DNA from: Octopus sinensis
Taxonomy: Eukaryota
DNA length: 64,000 bases
Assembly (NCBI RefSeq): GCF_006345805.1
Contig: NC_042998.1
Span: forward strand, 112,158,001-112,222,000
Direction of reading: 5' to 3'
Positions 36,583 to 49,000 of this stretch are shown one piece after another. The first letter of the stretch is position 1, and every line of letters starts with the position of its first letter. A program made the position numbers and the translations under genes. The notes beneath the pieces were generated by a model. The model searched no databases. It worked only from the letters and a program-made list of their open reading frames with translations, and had not been told where the DNA came from.

Positions 36583-36699
36583 TCATACACATACGCACAC
36601 ACACATACGCACGCTCTCACGCACATGCACGCACGCACACACACACACACACACAACACACACACTCACACACACACAAGGCACACATATATATGGACC

Positions 36700-36872
36700 G
36701 CTAAACTCTACACGTTAGTTTTAATTCTCGCTCTATTCATTTCCTCTTATTCCTTTCTGTTGAAGAGTGTAGGCTCGAAACATAAAAAGACTTTCCCGAA
36801 CGTCAAACTAATACACTTGGTCGTTGTTCCTACACTTGTTTTTGTCTTCTGTTTTTTCTAAAATTTGAACTG
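36700..36872 (+). mobile_element. Putative PLE 3'-terminal fragment with degenerate minimal HHR
   Basis: cttt-CTGTTGA-A-GAG-tgtagg-CTC-GAAA-CA-TA-aaaag at 36753-36789; ends aaatttgaact next to a TG run; similar layout to 56930-57135. Confidence 0.45.
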
Positions 36873-37159
36873 TGTGTGTGTGTCTGTGTCTGTGTCTGTG
36901 TGTGTGTGTCTGTGTGTATGTGTGTGTGTGTGTGTGTGCGTGTGTGTGCGTGCGTGCGTGCGTGCGTATGTGTGTGCTCACACAAAACTGCATCGACGCC
37001 TTTCCGGCAACAAATGATAACCAAGCCTCTTTTAATTCGAACAATATTATGTGAGGACACTTAAATTTCCCGTGACTATTATTAAATTTCTTGCTATCAT
37101 ATTTTTACGACACACATCTTTTATCCACAAAAGATTGCAACACTTTTCCAACTATAAGA

Positions 37160-37290
37160 ATCGTTTCTACTATAGGCAGAAGGCCTGACATTTTGGCAGA
37201 GGGGTAAGTCGATTACTCGACCCAGCACTCAACTGGAACTTATTTCATCAACACAGAAAGGACGAAAGACAAAGTCGACCCCCAGCAAGT
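37160..37290 (-). mobile_element. Family A SINE 3' part
   Basis: ttctactataggcagaaggcctga...taagtcgattactcgacccagcactcaactggaacttatttcatc...aaagtcgacc. Confidence 0.75.
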
Positions 37291-38849
37291 AAGTAGAGAC
37301 CTTGTTTGAAAATTTGGGAAGAGAGATTTTTATTGGTCTTATGGGAAAAAATCGAATCAAGTTTCAGTGTCACTGTTCTATAGGAACTTACCTCAAAAGC
37401 CCTGTTCGGGCTTACAAAAATGATGAAGAAATCTCTTATAAATGTTGCGACGTACGGCAAATCGTCAAAATTTATGAATATTAAAACATTAGTTAAGCAT
37501 CAAGAAAGCAGAATGGACTTTCAAATACAAAAGACAGAGGAATTAAATAGACGATGTTGCAATAAGAAAGTAGAAATGCTGCAGGCTGATTTAGAAAACT
37601 TCAAACCGTTTCATTAAGTGTCATGAACTAAATACAAAAAATTAAACAGAACTATTCCAGCTCTTGTTGCATGATTTAGAAAGTAAATCTTTATAAATTG
37701 GAACAAATTCAACAGCTTCAAATGCGAAAGCGTTATTCATAATGAAAGTATATAGAGAAAGACATGTAGCTTATGTGCACTGTTGTTATCTAGTTTATTA
37801 TATGTAAGTTAATATTGAAGTTAAGTAAAATTTACTTGTACTATAAATCTCTTGGCAGATGTGTGAACATCACAACACTACACGTCTTATTTTATAATAC
37901 TAGCAAATATTCAAATTCCTACCTGTATAAGAAATAATCTTTAGTACTCTATAAATCTATAACTTTTAACGTTTACTACTCCGTACGTTGTTACTTTCTG
38001 TGTTATCTAAAGTAGTACCGATGTGGTAAATCAAAGTGACAAAACAGCGATGACAGTTGTTGGAAGCCCGTATCATAATACTGACATGGTCCTTGCCAAT
38101 AGAAAGAAAGAAAGCTCAAAGTATTAGGGCCTGATTGGAGAAACATCTGTGTTAAAGGAAGGGGTCACGTGTCCAGGTAGATTAAGAGGACCAGGGTAGA
38201 TAATCCTTCACTTGCCGGACCAATAAATCAAAACAGAATGATGAAGGTTAACAGTGGCCCTTATCGAAGCTAAATTGGGGTGAAGATAAGAGAGAGAGAT
38301 AAAGATAGAATGTGTGCCGTATGTGTGTTTATGCGTGTTCGTGTGTTGTGTGCGTGCGTGCGTATCAGAGAAGGAGAGAAAGAGAGAGAGAGAAGGGGGG
38401 AGAGGGGGGAGAGAAAGTTAATGAAGTGAAAAAAATAGAGAATGCTGTGCTGTAAAATTATAGACGCCTCCACCACCTCCCCAATTGAATAAGAGGTAGA
38501 GTGTGTGAACAAATAAATGAATAAATAAACGAGGGGCAGAACAGGAAAAAAAGGGATATAGAGAAAGAAAGGAGAAATGAAGTGGACGTCTTAGTATAGA
38601 GGAAACGGGTTATGAAATGATTATTTGCGGACAAGCAGTGGACCTTAGACACGTGATAAGTAGTAAGCCGGTGCGTCGGCCACACGCCGCTTTCTTGGGT
38701 AGGTCGCGATAAGTAGCCAGGCCTAGGCAAATATCATGCCGGTACAGTGTCCTGTACACGGCTGTCTGACTTGATATACTTTCTATTTATCTGCTTATTT
38801 ATCTATCTCTATCTCACAATCTACATATATACATATATACGTACATACA

Positions 38850-38873
38850 TTCATGTATATGTATGTGTGTGTG

Positions 38874-38924
<51 letters not shown>

Positions 38925-38942
38925 ATATACATATATATATAT

Positions 38943-38980
<38 letters not shown>

Positions 38981-38988
38981 TTATATAT

Positions 38989-39019
<31 letters not shown>

Positions 39020-39046
39020 TATTATATTATATATATATAATATGAG

Positions 39047-39082
<36 letters not shown>

Positions 39083-39391
39083 GCATGTATGTATTATGCA
39101 TATAATTTATATATACACGTACAGATAGACAGACAGGCAGAGAGAGAGACACACACGTCTGAAATCTATTACTGCGTCTCTACACCTTTTATGACCTGAC
39201 AATATTTCTACTACAAGAATAAATCTTTTCCAAATTACCATCATCATCAAAAACTACACGCACACGCACATACACACACACACGCATACACATACACACA
39301 TACATACAAACATACATATATATGTGTGTAGGAGTATACATATATATGTTAATGTGACTATGCGTGTATACATGTATAAATATATATATAT

Positions 39392-39446
<55 letters not shown>

Positions 39447-39480
39447 TATATATATATATATGTTTGTATAAATACACACA
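38850..39480. repeat. (TA)n/(CA)n microsatellite field
   Basis: Directly visible. Confidence 0.95.
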
Positions 39481-39934
39481 CACGCGTAGACGTCAACAGC
39501 GGAAATGATAGTAAAGATGTACCACCATACCGTATATTAATTATGTTTTAAGTCTATATGTGCTTCCCGAGCAAAATACCCAAATCTGTTTTTTGATTTA
39601 TTATTCAAGTTACTTATTAACTAATCGTTAGAACAATCACAAATAACCTTTTTTTTAGTGTTATGAATATTTCAATAAAGGGGCTGGAGAGCACTATAAA
39701 GGAAATAAACCTGTGACACGAGACGTAGATATGGGTTCGATTCTAAGTCAGAGACAATTTGTGAACAGATTTTTCCCTAACTCCCCTAAAAAGTAAAAGA
39801 AACTAAATCTGTCGTTCAATGAATAGATATCGAAAAAGATAGACCCAGATTAAGTTACTGTGGATTATAAGAGCAATGGATTAAACCCAACAGTGCGATT
39901 GCCCAGCTCAGATTGTGGTAGAAACCAATACCAA

Positions 39935-40059
39935 GATAGATAGACAGACAGATAAATAGATAAATAGATAGATAGATAGATGATTAGATAGATAGGTAGA
40001 TAAATAGATAGACAGACAGACAGACAGATAGATAGATAGATAGATAGAATAGATAGATA
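39935..40059. repeat. (GATA)n/(GACA)n array at the 3' junction of Tx1 copy 1
   Basis: Directly visible. Confidence 0.95.
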
Positions 40060-40133
40060 TGTTTCTTTATTAGCCACACAGGGCTGCACACAGATAGAAA
40101 CAAATTACAAGGGTAGAGCTTTTCTTTTGAAGG

Positions 40134-40175
<42 letters not shown>

Positions 40176-42000
40176 AAGGGGGAGGTTCGATCAAAAGGGA
40201 TCGTAAAAGGAGAGAGAGAAAGAGGACAAAAAATAGGGGGGTTAAAAAAAAAAAAAAAAAAGGGGGGGGGAGGGAGAGGAAAAAAAAATGATCAATAGGG
40301 ATCGTTATCACAAGAATGTCAATATGAAGTGTAAAGGGGAGGACAGGTGAGGTTTACCCGTGGAAAGAAAAGCCTGCGGAAAAGACCACGGTAACCTCGG
40401 TCAATGAAGTCACATTTATATTCTTTTTTTTTTTTTTTTTTTTTTTTGCAAATAAGCAACTCTCTGTTTTCGATTTCTGGGTCATAGGACTATGCTCAAG
40501 GTGGCTTCGTCATTCATACGTGCCATTCTTGCTACATTCACCCATCTTTTTTTAAAACATTCGCTAGACAAAAATTGCCTCTCTACTCTCACTTTCCTTT
40601 TCAAGTGGTACTTGAAGAAGTTGATGAGAGATTGACCAGAGAGGAAAGTGTTTGTCTCCATCCTTTCAGACGCGTCCACCAGATACATTCTTTCGCCATA
40701 GCCACAAGGATGATGAAAATAGCTCTTCCTTCCCGTTTGAAGGAAGGAGGCGTGACAATATTGACGATAGACTCAGCTGATAAACCGACTCGTCCCACAC
40801 GTGACAGCAGTTGTTCGACATAAGCCCACAGGTCGGAAATTGTTGGACACTGAACGAGTGCGTGCAGAACGGTTTCGTCGCTCTGACCGCATCTCGGGCA
40901 GGTCGGCCCCGTGTTTCTCGAGCCGTGTCTGTAGAGCTTATCCCGAACGGGTAGCGCTTCTCGTAGCACTGCCAGGCCAGGGATCTCTGGAAGTTGTCCA
41001 TGGGCCCTGGCCCGAAAGTCGTCCCGAACAGGCGGGTCAGGTACTCCTCGTCGACGTCCAGGTTCGCCCCGAGCGTCGTCGTACCTCCCCTCACTAAGCC
41101 CCTATAGAATGCTTTGGTTGGTTGAAGTCACTTAAGGTCGACCCAGGACGGCAGAGTTGCTTGAGAGCAACGCGACACTCGCGGTGCCATTTGCCCTTCC
41201 TCGCGCCTCTTTTTGATCCACGACTGCAGTTCGGTCATGGAGACGAGCTGCGGGAAAGCGTGCCTCACAAACGGCGACCACACCTGTTCACCGTCGTCTA
41301 CATAGAGCCAGAGATGTCGCAGTCTCAGCGCGTGTCTGCGCATCATCAACCACGGCATGCCCAGCCCTCCTTTAACGGGTGTTGACAGCAAATGGATCGC
41401 CTGACCTCGGGACGCATCCTTTCCACAAGAAGCGAAAGAGGATGCGTTGTAGTTTGGTGATGGTAGGGTCGGGACAAGGTACGACGGTCAGGCGGTAGTA
41501 GATGACGGACGCGATGTACGTGTTCGCCACCTCCCTCGACCTTTTAGGGACAGTTTCCTCTCGGCCCATTTCCGGGCGAGAGTGAGTGATGGGCCGAGAG
41601 GAAAAACTGTCCCTAAAAGGTCGAGCGGAGTGGCGAACACGTACATCGCGTCCGTCATCTACTACCGCCTGACCGTCGTACCTTTGTCCCGACCCTACCA
41701 TCACCAAACTACAAAGCATCCTCGTTCGCTTCTTGTGGAAAGGATGCGTCCCGATGGTCAGGCGATCCATTTGCTGTCAACACCCGTTAAAAGGAGGGGC
41801 TGGGCATGCCGTGGTGATGATGCGCAGACACGCGCTGAGACTGCGACATCTCGGCTCTAGTAGACGACGGTGAACAGGTGTGGTCGCCGTTTGTGAGGCA
41901 CGCTTTCCCGCAGCTCGTCTCCATGACGAACTGCAGTCGTGGATCAAAAAGAGGCCGAGGAAGGGCGAATGGCACCGCGAGTGTCGCGTTGCTCTCAAGC
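40060..42000 (-). mobile_element. Young 5'-truncated Tx1/L1-clade LINE with fold-back inverted duplication at its 5' end
   Basis: ORF2 C-terminus: RKLSLKGR.EVANTYIASVIYYRLTVVPCP..ITKLQRILFRFLWKG, GGLGMP, and zf-RVT/CCHC LPVRDKLYRHG...CPRCGQSDETVLHALVQCP; stop at 40482. The 3' UTR ends AATAAAGAAAC + (ATCT)n. CpG-rich. Confidence 0.92.
41159..42000. repeat. Long inverted repeat: about 411-bp arms (41159-41569 / 41589-42000), 19-bp spacer
   Basis: gcttgagagc...cggcccat vs atgggccg...gctctcaagc; differences are mostly 1-nt indels. Confidence 0.95.
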
Positions 42001-42011
42001 TAGATAGATAG

Positions 42012-42082
<71 letters not shown>

Positions 42083-42105
42083 ATAGATATATAGATAAAT
42101 AGATA
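42001..42105. repeat. (GATA)n array between the two Tx1 copies
   Basis: Directly visible. Confidence 0.95.
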
Positions 42106-42315
42106 AGTTTTCTTATTGGCCACACAGGGCTGCACACAGATGGGACAAGTTACAAGGTAGAGCTTTTCTTTTGGGGATGAAAAAAACAAAAGAAACAAAA
42201 AAAAGGGTGGCGAGGTTTCGATCAAGAGGGATCGTAAAAGGGAAGAACAAGAAAAGAACAAAAAAAATAATAAATAAAATAAAAAATAAAAAATAAAAAA
42301 AAGAAAAAAAGAAAA
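42106..42315 (-). mobile_element. About 210-bp 3' UTR stub of the same Tx1 family (copy 2)
   Basis: ccacacagggctgcacacagat...acaaggtagagcttttcttt...aggtttcgatcaagagggatcgtaaaag matches 40070-40210; (GATA)n on both sides. Confidence 0.92.
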
Positions 42316-42365
<50 letters not shown>

Positions 42366-42366
42366 C

Positions 42367-42434
<68 letters not shown>
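42316..42434. repeat. (GATA)n array at the 5' junction of Tx1 copy 2
   Basis: About 30 units with one GATC variant. Confidence 0.95.
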
Positions 42435-42756
42435 TGTATACATACATATATGCAAATGCGAGCGCACAAATATGCATGCAATCGCATATACACACCTACA
42501 CATATATGTATACACACGCGAGTAAATATTACACAAATATACATATATGGAAAGTAGAATTTCAGTGCACACTTTCGTGGAAATGATATATTTCTTGACG
42601 AGAGTATAATGACAAATTAAATATTAATTGGAGCTTATGACAGAAGTCTATGCGAAAGAGATAAGGTGCAAGGTTTGAATCCAAACATTGTTTGAATATT
42701 TGCGTGTGTATGTATGTATGTGTGTGTATGTGCATTTACACAACACACACAACATA

Positions 42757-42811
<55 letters not shown>

Positions 42812-42896
42812 TTATACATTATATAGCCATAGATGTATGTCCGTGCGTGTGTATGTCTACACACCACACACATATATTAACACACACACACATATT

Positions 42897-42927
<31 letters not shown>

Positions 42928-43429
42928 ATATATATATATACACATACATATATACACACACATACGTGCATATTTATATATAAGAGAGAGACAGACAGAC
43001 AGAGACAGAGTATTATTTATTTAATGTTATTTTTTTCCGTCTGCTGTGTCATTCTCGATTTAAATTATATATAAGCATAAAAAAGATTACTCTTTTATAT
43101 TCTGAAAGTTTAAATACAAAATGTTTAAATGATATAACACAATTATGGACAGCAACACTCATGTTAACATCATTTAATATAATAACATCTTCCGTGCATT
43201 TTTACTCCGATATTTTATGCTTCTACTTCATCTGAGATGAGTAGGAGCTATAGGTTGTAAGAGAAGTGTAGTTTGTTAGTGACTTGGCCAAATCGTTTTC
43301 AGTACATTCATTTGCCACTGGCTCTCACCTTGCACCCAGCTTTCCTCTTTGGCTCCAGGAATTGTCTGCTTACGGCAATGTACTACTTTCTGGGGAATGG
43401 TATCAGCAGAAACCTGGCTTAGGACAGCC

Positions 43430-43590
43430 GAAAAGTTTTAAATGCGTGACGAAAAGTCGAAGGTCGACTTTGCCGTTCATCCTTTCAGGGTCGATGAAAT
43501 AGGTACCAGTTGAGCATTGGGGTCGATGTCATCGACTTATCCACTACTCCAAAATTTCCGGCCTTGAACCTATAACAGAAGGGATCGTTT
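43430..43590 (+). mobile_element. Family A SINE 3' two-thirds
   Basis: aggtcgactttgccgttcatcctttcagggtcgatgaaataggtaccagttgagcattggggtcgatg. Confidence 0.85.
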
Positions 43591-44322
43591 TAATGGGAAA
43601 ATGAAAAATCATCAGATTCGAGAGTGGATTTTCTAACTGCGAAAGTCATTAAAATTAACATTGAACGATAGCTGTTGAAGATGGATGGGCAGAGTTTGAT
43701 TTCCACCATGCAGAGGACATTTCCAATAAAATTAGTAGCTATTTTGACCGCCTTAGAGGAAGGCCGCCAAGATAAAAATGCCAAGAACATATCCCGATGC
43801 ATTCGCTGTTTGGCGATGAAAAGCAGAAAAAAATGTAACAGAAGTACCACATGTAGGTTGGCATCATTACTCTCAGAAATCAAAACAATTTGATTTGCAA
43901 GTAAATTACAGTACATGTCTTCGAAAATCTGAGGTACTCTTAATCAGTTCACTAAAATACATTACAATTAAATATCGAAAACCTTCTGATCCAATGAGTC
44001 GAAATTTAATTTATACGGCTCTCATCGTACAAGAATTTTACCAAGAGTGCATGGATCTGATACTTATGTATAATCACAGCAACGTCATGGTTTGAAAAAT
44101 ACGTCGGTGGCATTCTTGAGATCGTAGAGATCTCGGAAAAGACTTCGATTCCAAATGCCAAGAATTATTTCGGACGACTGTGGATTTTTCCGTATTGACA
44201 AAAATCCGAAATATAATGTAGGAATTTTCAAAGAACACATCAAATTCAAGAAAGTTGGTGTGGTGCAGGGTACAACGAAACCTTCGGATGTAAATCCTTA
44301 GCAAATTTATAGAATCAATTTG

Positions 44323-44422
44323 NNNNNNNNNNNNNNNNNNNNNNNNNNNNNNNNNNNNNNNNNNNNNNNNNNNNNNNNNNNNNNNNNNNNNNNNNNNNNN
44401 NNNNNNNNNNNNNNNNNNNNNN
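44323..44422. other. Assembly gap (100 N)
   Basis: Run of n. Confidence 1.
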
Positions 44423-44599
44423 TTAGGATGGCTGCAGTCCAGTGACAAAAACGACTAAAAGATAAAATATCTGATATCCAGTTCTCTAGTTTGCGAGTTT
44501 AACGTTGTAAAGTTTAAGCACATATCTTACCTAATGGTGAACACCCAAAGCCTGAAATGATGCTGCACCCCAATCTCTCTTCACTTACCGTGATTTAAT

Positions 44600-44835
44600 T
44601 TAACAAAGGAGCGTCTCTACCTCATCACCTGGCCAGCTACAAAATAGCAACCAATTTTCCCTCAAATCGCAACTTATCGTCTTTAAAGAAACGACACATT
44701 TGATAATGTAGTTTTAGATACACTATATATGGAACAAAAAAAAAAACGGGATGGTCGCAGCTGGAAACTTTTGATCGCATGTCTGCTCGATGGAGGTTAG
44801 CCTGGAGTTAAAATCAAAATAACAACAATAACAAC
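44600..44835 (+). mobile_element. Interspersed repeat, SINE-like family C
   Basis: ggccagctacaaaatagcaaccaattttccctcaaatcgc...gggatggtcgcagctggaaac...gcctggagttaaa + (AAC)n. Diverged relatives at about 32000-32170 (+), 31150-31330 (-) and 48430-48500 (-). Confidence 0.55.
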
Positions 44836-46135
44836 GACTTTCAATGCTAATGACTTGCGAAAGATGTGAGCATTATAACCTCCCTTTTCCCTTCTAAGAT
44901 ATAAAGGCATTGTGCTTGTATAACCTGATGTTTCCCCGATTCTCACTTCTATAAAACTTTGACATCATTCACAACAACAGCAAAAATAACAAAAACAGTC
45001 TTTATCTAAATGAATGAATAGAGTGACTTACGGATGGCCACTAATGATTGCTTTGTCCAATAAAAACAAATCCAGGAACACCCATACCCTACGTCAGACT
45101 GCACAGACTGCATGCTTGAGGCTACGACAGTACGATGTGTTAGTATCTGCTGGCATCACTCGTCCAAACTATTATATACATACAATGACTATTATATATT
45201 GGTAATAATGTTGTGATTTGGTAGGGGTTTACCATTCTTATGCTAGCACTATGTCGACAGAAGTTTTGTGTGTATGTGCTTGTGCGTGTGTGCGTGAGCG
45301 TGTATATGTGTATATAAGTTGGTGTGCATATGCGCCAGAGAGAGAGAGAGAGAGGGGGTGGAGAGACTAGGGTACTTCCTAGCTGGGGGTTTGCTATTAC
45401 TGTTGCTGCTGCGGCTGTTGCTGTTGTTGTTGTTGTTGTTGTTGTTGTTGCTGTTGTTGTTTTAAATAAACGTGTTCACTTGTTTCCAGTAATGATTGGC
45501 GGTGCGTCCCACCACACACGTGTGTTCACAGTAGTGCAGTGCTTGTCCGTGTGCTTCAGTGTTGCGTGGAAAGGGGGTAGGAGAGAAAAAGACGAAAATG
45601 AGAGCGAAAGAAAAGAAAAAAAGGGTTAGGCAGGAAGAGAGAGAGAGAGAGAGAGAGAGAGAATTGAAGACCTGAGCAGAACAACTAAGTGACTGTGTAT
45701 ATGGTGACTTTGCATATATACCGCTCTGTGTATATGGTGGTCATTACTGACGTTCCATCAAAAAATGGTGGAGCGACGCCACCGACTCGTGCAATCAATG
45801 AATCAATGATCAATTTTACTGTAAGGGTAGATACACAAACAGACAGTAAAAACACAGACATGGCAATACTCAAGCAAGCAGCTAAGGCAACCAGGTAGAG
45901 GGAGATAGGCAGGTACTGATGGAGATAAGGTAGCATATGTAGTCGACTATCCGGTGATACAGCCCAGGCAAGCAGGCTGACTGACTGCACACAGAGGCGT
46001 TACTGGCAAGGAGCAAAGTTTAGTAAAAGCAACATTCATGTTTACTACTACAAACCATCAAAAACCACCATAATCGCACTGCTACAACCTTACCTCTACC
46101 CTCTCTTCATCATCATCATCCTCATCACTGTCATC

Positions 46136-46167
<32 letters not shown>

Positions 46168-46399
46168 TACTGTAACCAGTATTATCACCAAACTCGTCAT
46201 CATTATCGACAGCAGCAGCAGCATTAACAACATCAACAAAAACATTGAAAACATTTTAAACAAAGCGATTAATATTTTTGTCATTGAAGGTAGATAGTAA
46301 AATGAATCACACAATATATTACTGGCACCTATTGCCCCACGATGACTATCTGAAATTCTCGCCGTCTCCATGGTGCTAGGCTCATGGGACATGCAGTAT

Positions 46400-47600
46400 A
46401 AGTAAAGAAAATAGAAGAGTTTGTTGGAGTGCCTGAGAGGTTTTCACTTGAGTTTTCTTCAGTATATTATAGATGTTGGGTGTCGAAGTACTTTCTGACT
46501 TTGAAGAGGAAAGTCAGTTTTTGTGATGCGGTCCTTGCTATATTGAGGACGTGAGTTTTCCTGGGCAGATCATCAGTGACGGTGAAACCTAACGTTTGTA
46601 GCGACATTGAGGGTTATATTTGCTTGTCGTTTATGTATAAGTGGAAGAAGGTACGATATGCCTTTTTTCGATGTAGCGATCATGTATTTTACGGAGATGT
46701 ACTTGCATAACAAGTGATTTGATCTGAGATCGTGTGCTGAAACGAAAACAATTGCAGCGTGGAAGGTGTTTGTAAGCCATTTAAGAAACACACAAAAGCC
46801 GTTCGATTCACTTCAACATTTAAGTTTAATTTGTCAAAATATTTTCGTCGCTTTAAGACCGCGACCCATTCACTAACAAAATTCTGTGCTGCATCATGTC
46901 TTTGTGCTACAGAAAGATATAAGGTTGGTCATGGTCATACTGGAGAATGTGTTCGAGTTCGGTGTTCATGATGTCAGTGCGGGTTTGGCGTGGAGGAAGC
47001 TTGGAAAGAAGTGAAAGGGGATGTCATCTACGTAGGGATGAATGTTGCTGCAGATGACGGAAAGTAGATCGCGCTATAAGAGAAGTAAAGTAAGTGGAAA
47101 ACAAAATGGAGCCCTATAGCACACCAGAGTTTATAGTGTAAATCAGGGATGTTCTTCATCAGTCCACACCGCAATAGGAAGCTCTGACAGGAAGCCACCG
47201 ATCCAAAAGACAAATGTAGAACATAGGCGAGAAGTTTTACTCAAAAATTCCAGTGGAATGCTTGTAGGTGCCAAGTGCAGCGACAATTTTACCGTGGCGA
47301 GAGTCCACTGGTGAGTGAGATAGGTGAAAAGGTCTCCAGTAGATTTGATTTTACGAAAGCCATATAATTGGCTACGGAGAAAGATTCAATGTATTTTATG
47401 TTAATAGCCATCGAATCACTTTTAATTGTTGGAAATGAGTGCGATAAGACTATATTATTGAAAGCGTCCATGAATTTTAACGGTGGGGTGTGATTTGATG
47501 GAGTTTTGGTCGCTGTTGTTTGCGTATAGGGTGACAGTGTAGGTGCATACACATCAGATATTAAAATATTGTTTTTTCTGTTTTTTCCTAAAGAGCAGAT
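46400..47600 (-). pseudogene. Decayed CR1/Jockey-group LINE RT remnant, interrupted by a ~190-bp repeat
   Basis: Minus-strand frames give PISLTS, WIGGFLSE..IAV, INSGV, DLLSVICSNIHPYVDD (YADD motif), then after the insert LGFTVTDDL..KTHVLNIARTASQKL.FLFKVRKYF. Confidence 0.75.
46688..46875. mobile_element. Unclassified interspersed repeat (family D)
   Basis: ttacggagatgtacttgcat...gatctgagatcgtgtgctgaaacgaaaacaattgcagcg...gctttaagaccgcg; near-identical copies at 58572-58650 and 62498-62784. Confidence 0.85.
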
Positions 47601-48779
47601 CATTAGATCTAGGCAAATATAGTGATAGGTGAATATTTTACCTGATAAATTGAATATTGTTTATGAACCGTAATAATTTGTGCGCTCGGTATTTACCTTT
47701 AATTACCAAGGATGGTAACCTCACATGAATGAAACCAACGAGAAACTCTATGCAGTCACTCAACCAATTAGAAATAACTGCGAAACCAATACCATTTCAA
47801 CACCATCATTATCAGAATACTTGATTTGAGTTTGTGAGTATACGACAAAAATCCTTAATCGCATTAGAAACATTAGAGACATGCAAGTGAAGTTAACAAG
47901 TTCGGTAAATCTGAGTAATTAGAAGGTTTGGTTGTCCTGCGGAGCGAAAAAGTCTAAATTTTCTTTTAAAAGACATGCATTGACAATTGTGAAAAAAAAA
48001 AATTCAAGGAAAAGTGTTGAAGTTGATGCGTGGGTTGTAAGGGAGAAATACTAAGAAAGGAGCAGCTCGTGGGAAGTAACATGAGGAAGAGTGGGTTATT
48101 AGGGCGAAAATTGGTTGGTAGTGCTGCGTAAATTAACCAATCGTTTCCGAGTTTAGAGTTTTGGTTACATGTACATTGACTTAGATCCATTATAGTATGG
48201 ACGGATAGTTCTGATTATTATACAGCACTCAGTATTTCCATAGCAAAGATATATTTCAAGAGATATATTAACAATTTTCTGTATTAAGCTTTCAATTTAC
48301 TAATCGAATCGTTGTCTATATTTTTGCTGCAGTGATCAACTTGCAATTAGTCGGCTTGATCTCTCTAGATTCGAAGGTCCTGCGAATATTATGGTTACAA
48401 CCTTCTTCTTCAGACATTAAAAAAAAAATCAATAATCACGGCCCTGATCAAGCAAATTTATGATCACAGGGTTCCAGCAGTAACCGCCACGTCTGTTTAC
48501 ATATATGCAAGACTACATTATATAATGTATTCTTTGTTCAGTTAAGAGAGTAGTTTGAGAGAGATTTTACAGCTATTTGTATCGGAACGAGTGACCAAAA
48601 GTGACGATGCCAGGATAGTTACTGTCAAATACAATGCACTTGGTATTTAGTTATGGCCCTGTTCATTCTGAATTAAAATCCTATCGAGATTAACTTCAGC
48701 AACACTAAAATAAAAGGGAGATGATTTCAAGATATGTGTATTTATTGAATTTAATGATGTTAATATTAACATGGAGTGT

Positions 48780-49000
48780 AAGGCGGTGGACTGGCATAAT
48801 CGTTAGCAAGGACGAAATGCTTAGCAGCATTTCGTCCGTCTTTACTTTCTGAGTTCAAGTTCCACCGAGATCGATTTTGTCTTTTTTCCTTCCGGAAGTC
48901 GATAAAATAAGTACCAGTTGAGCTTTAGGGTCGATGTAATCGACTTAACCCCGTCTCCGAAATTGCTGGCCTTGTGTCAAGATTTAAAACGAATATTAAC
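48780..49000 (+). mobile_element. Full-length family A SINE
   Basis: aaggcggtggactggcataatcgttagc head, ctgagttcaagttcc B box, gtcgataaaataagtaccagttg core, ttgctggccttgtgtcaagattt tail. Confidence 0.9.

Noticed and set aside
43590-44322. Possible decayed Tc1-like transposase (YDES..KFRLIGSEG)
   Set aside because: Only one weak motif across frameshifts, no TIRs, and truncated by the gap.
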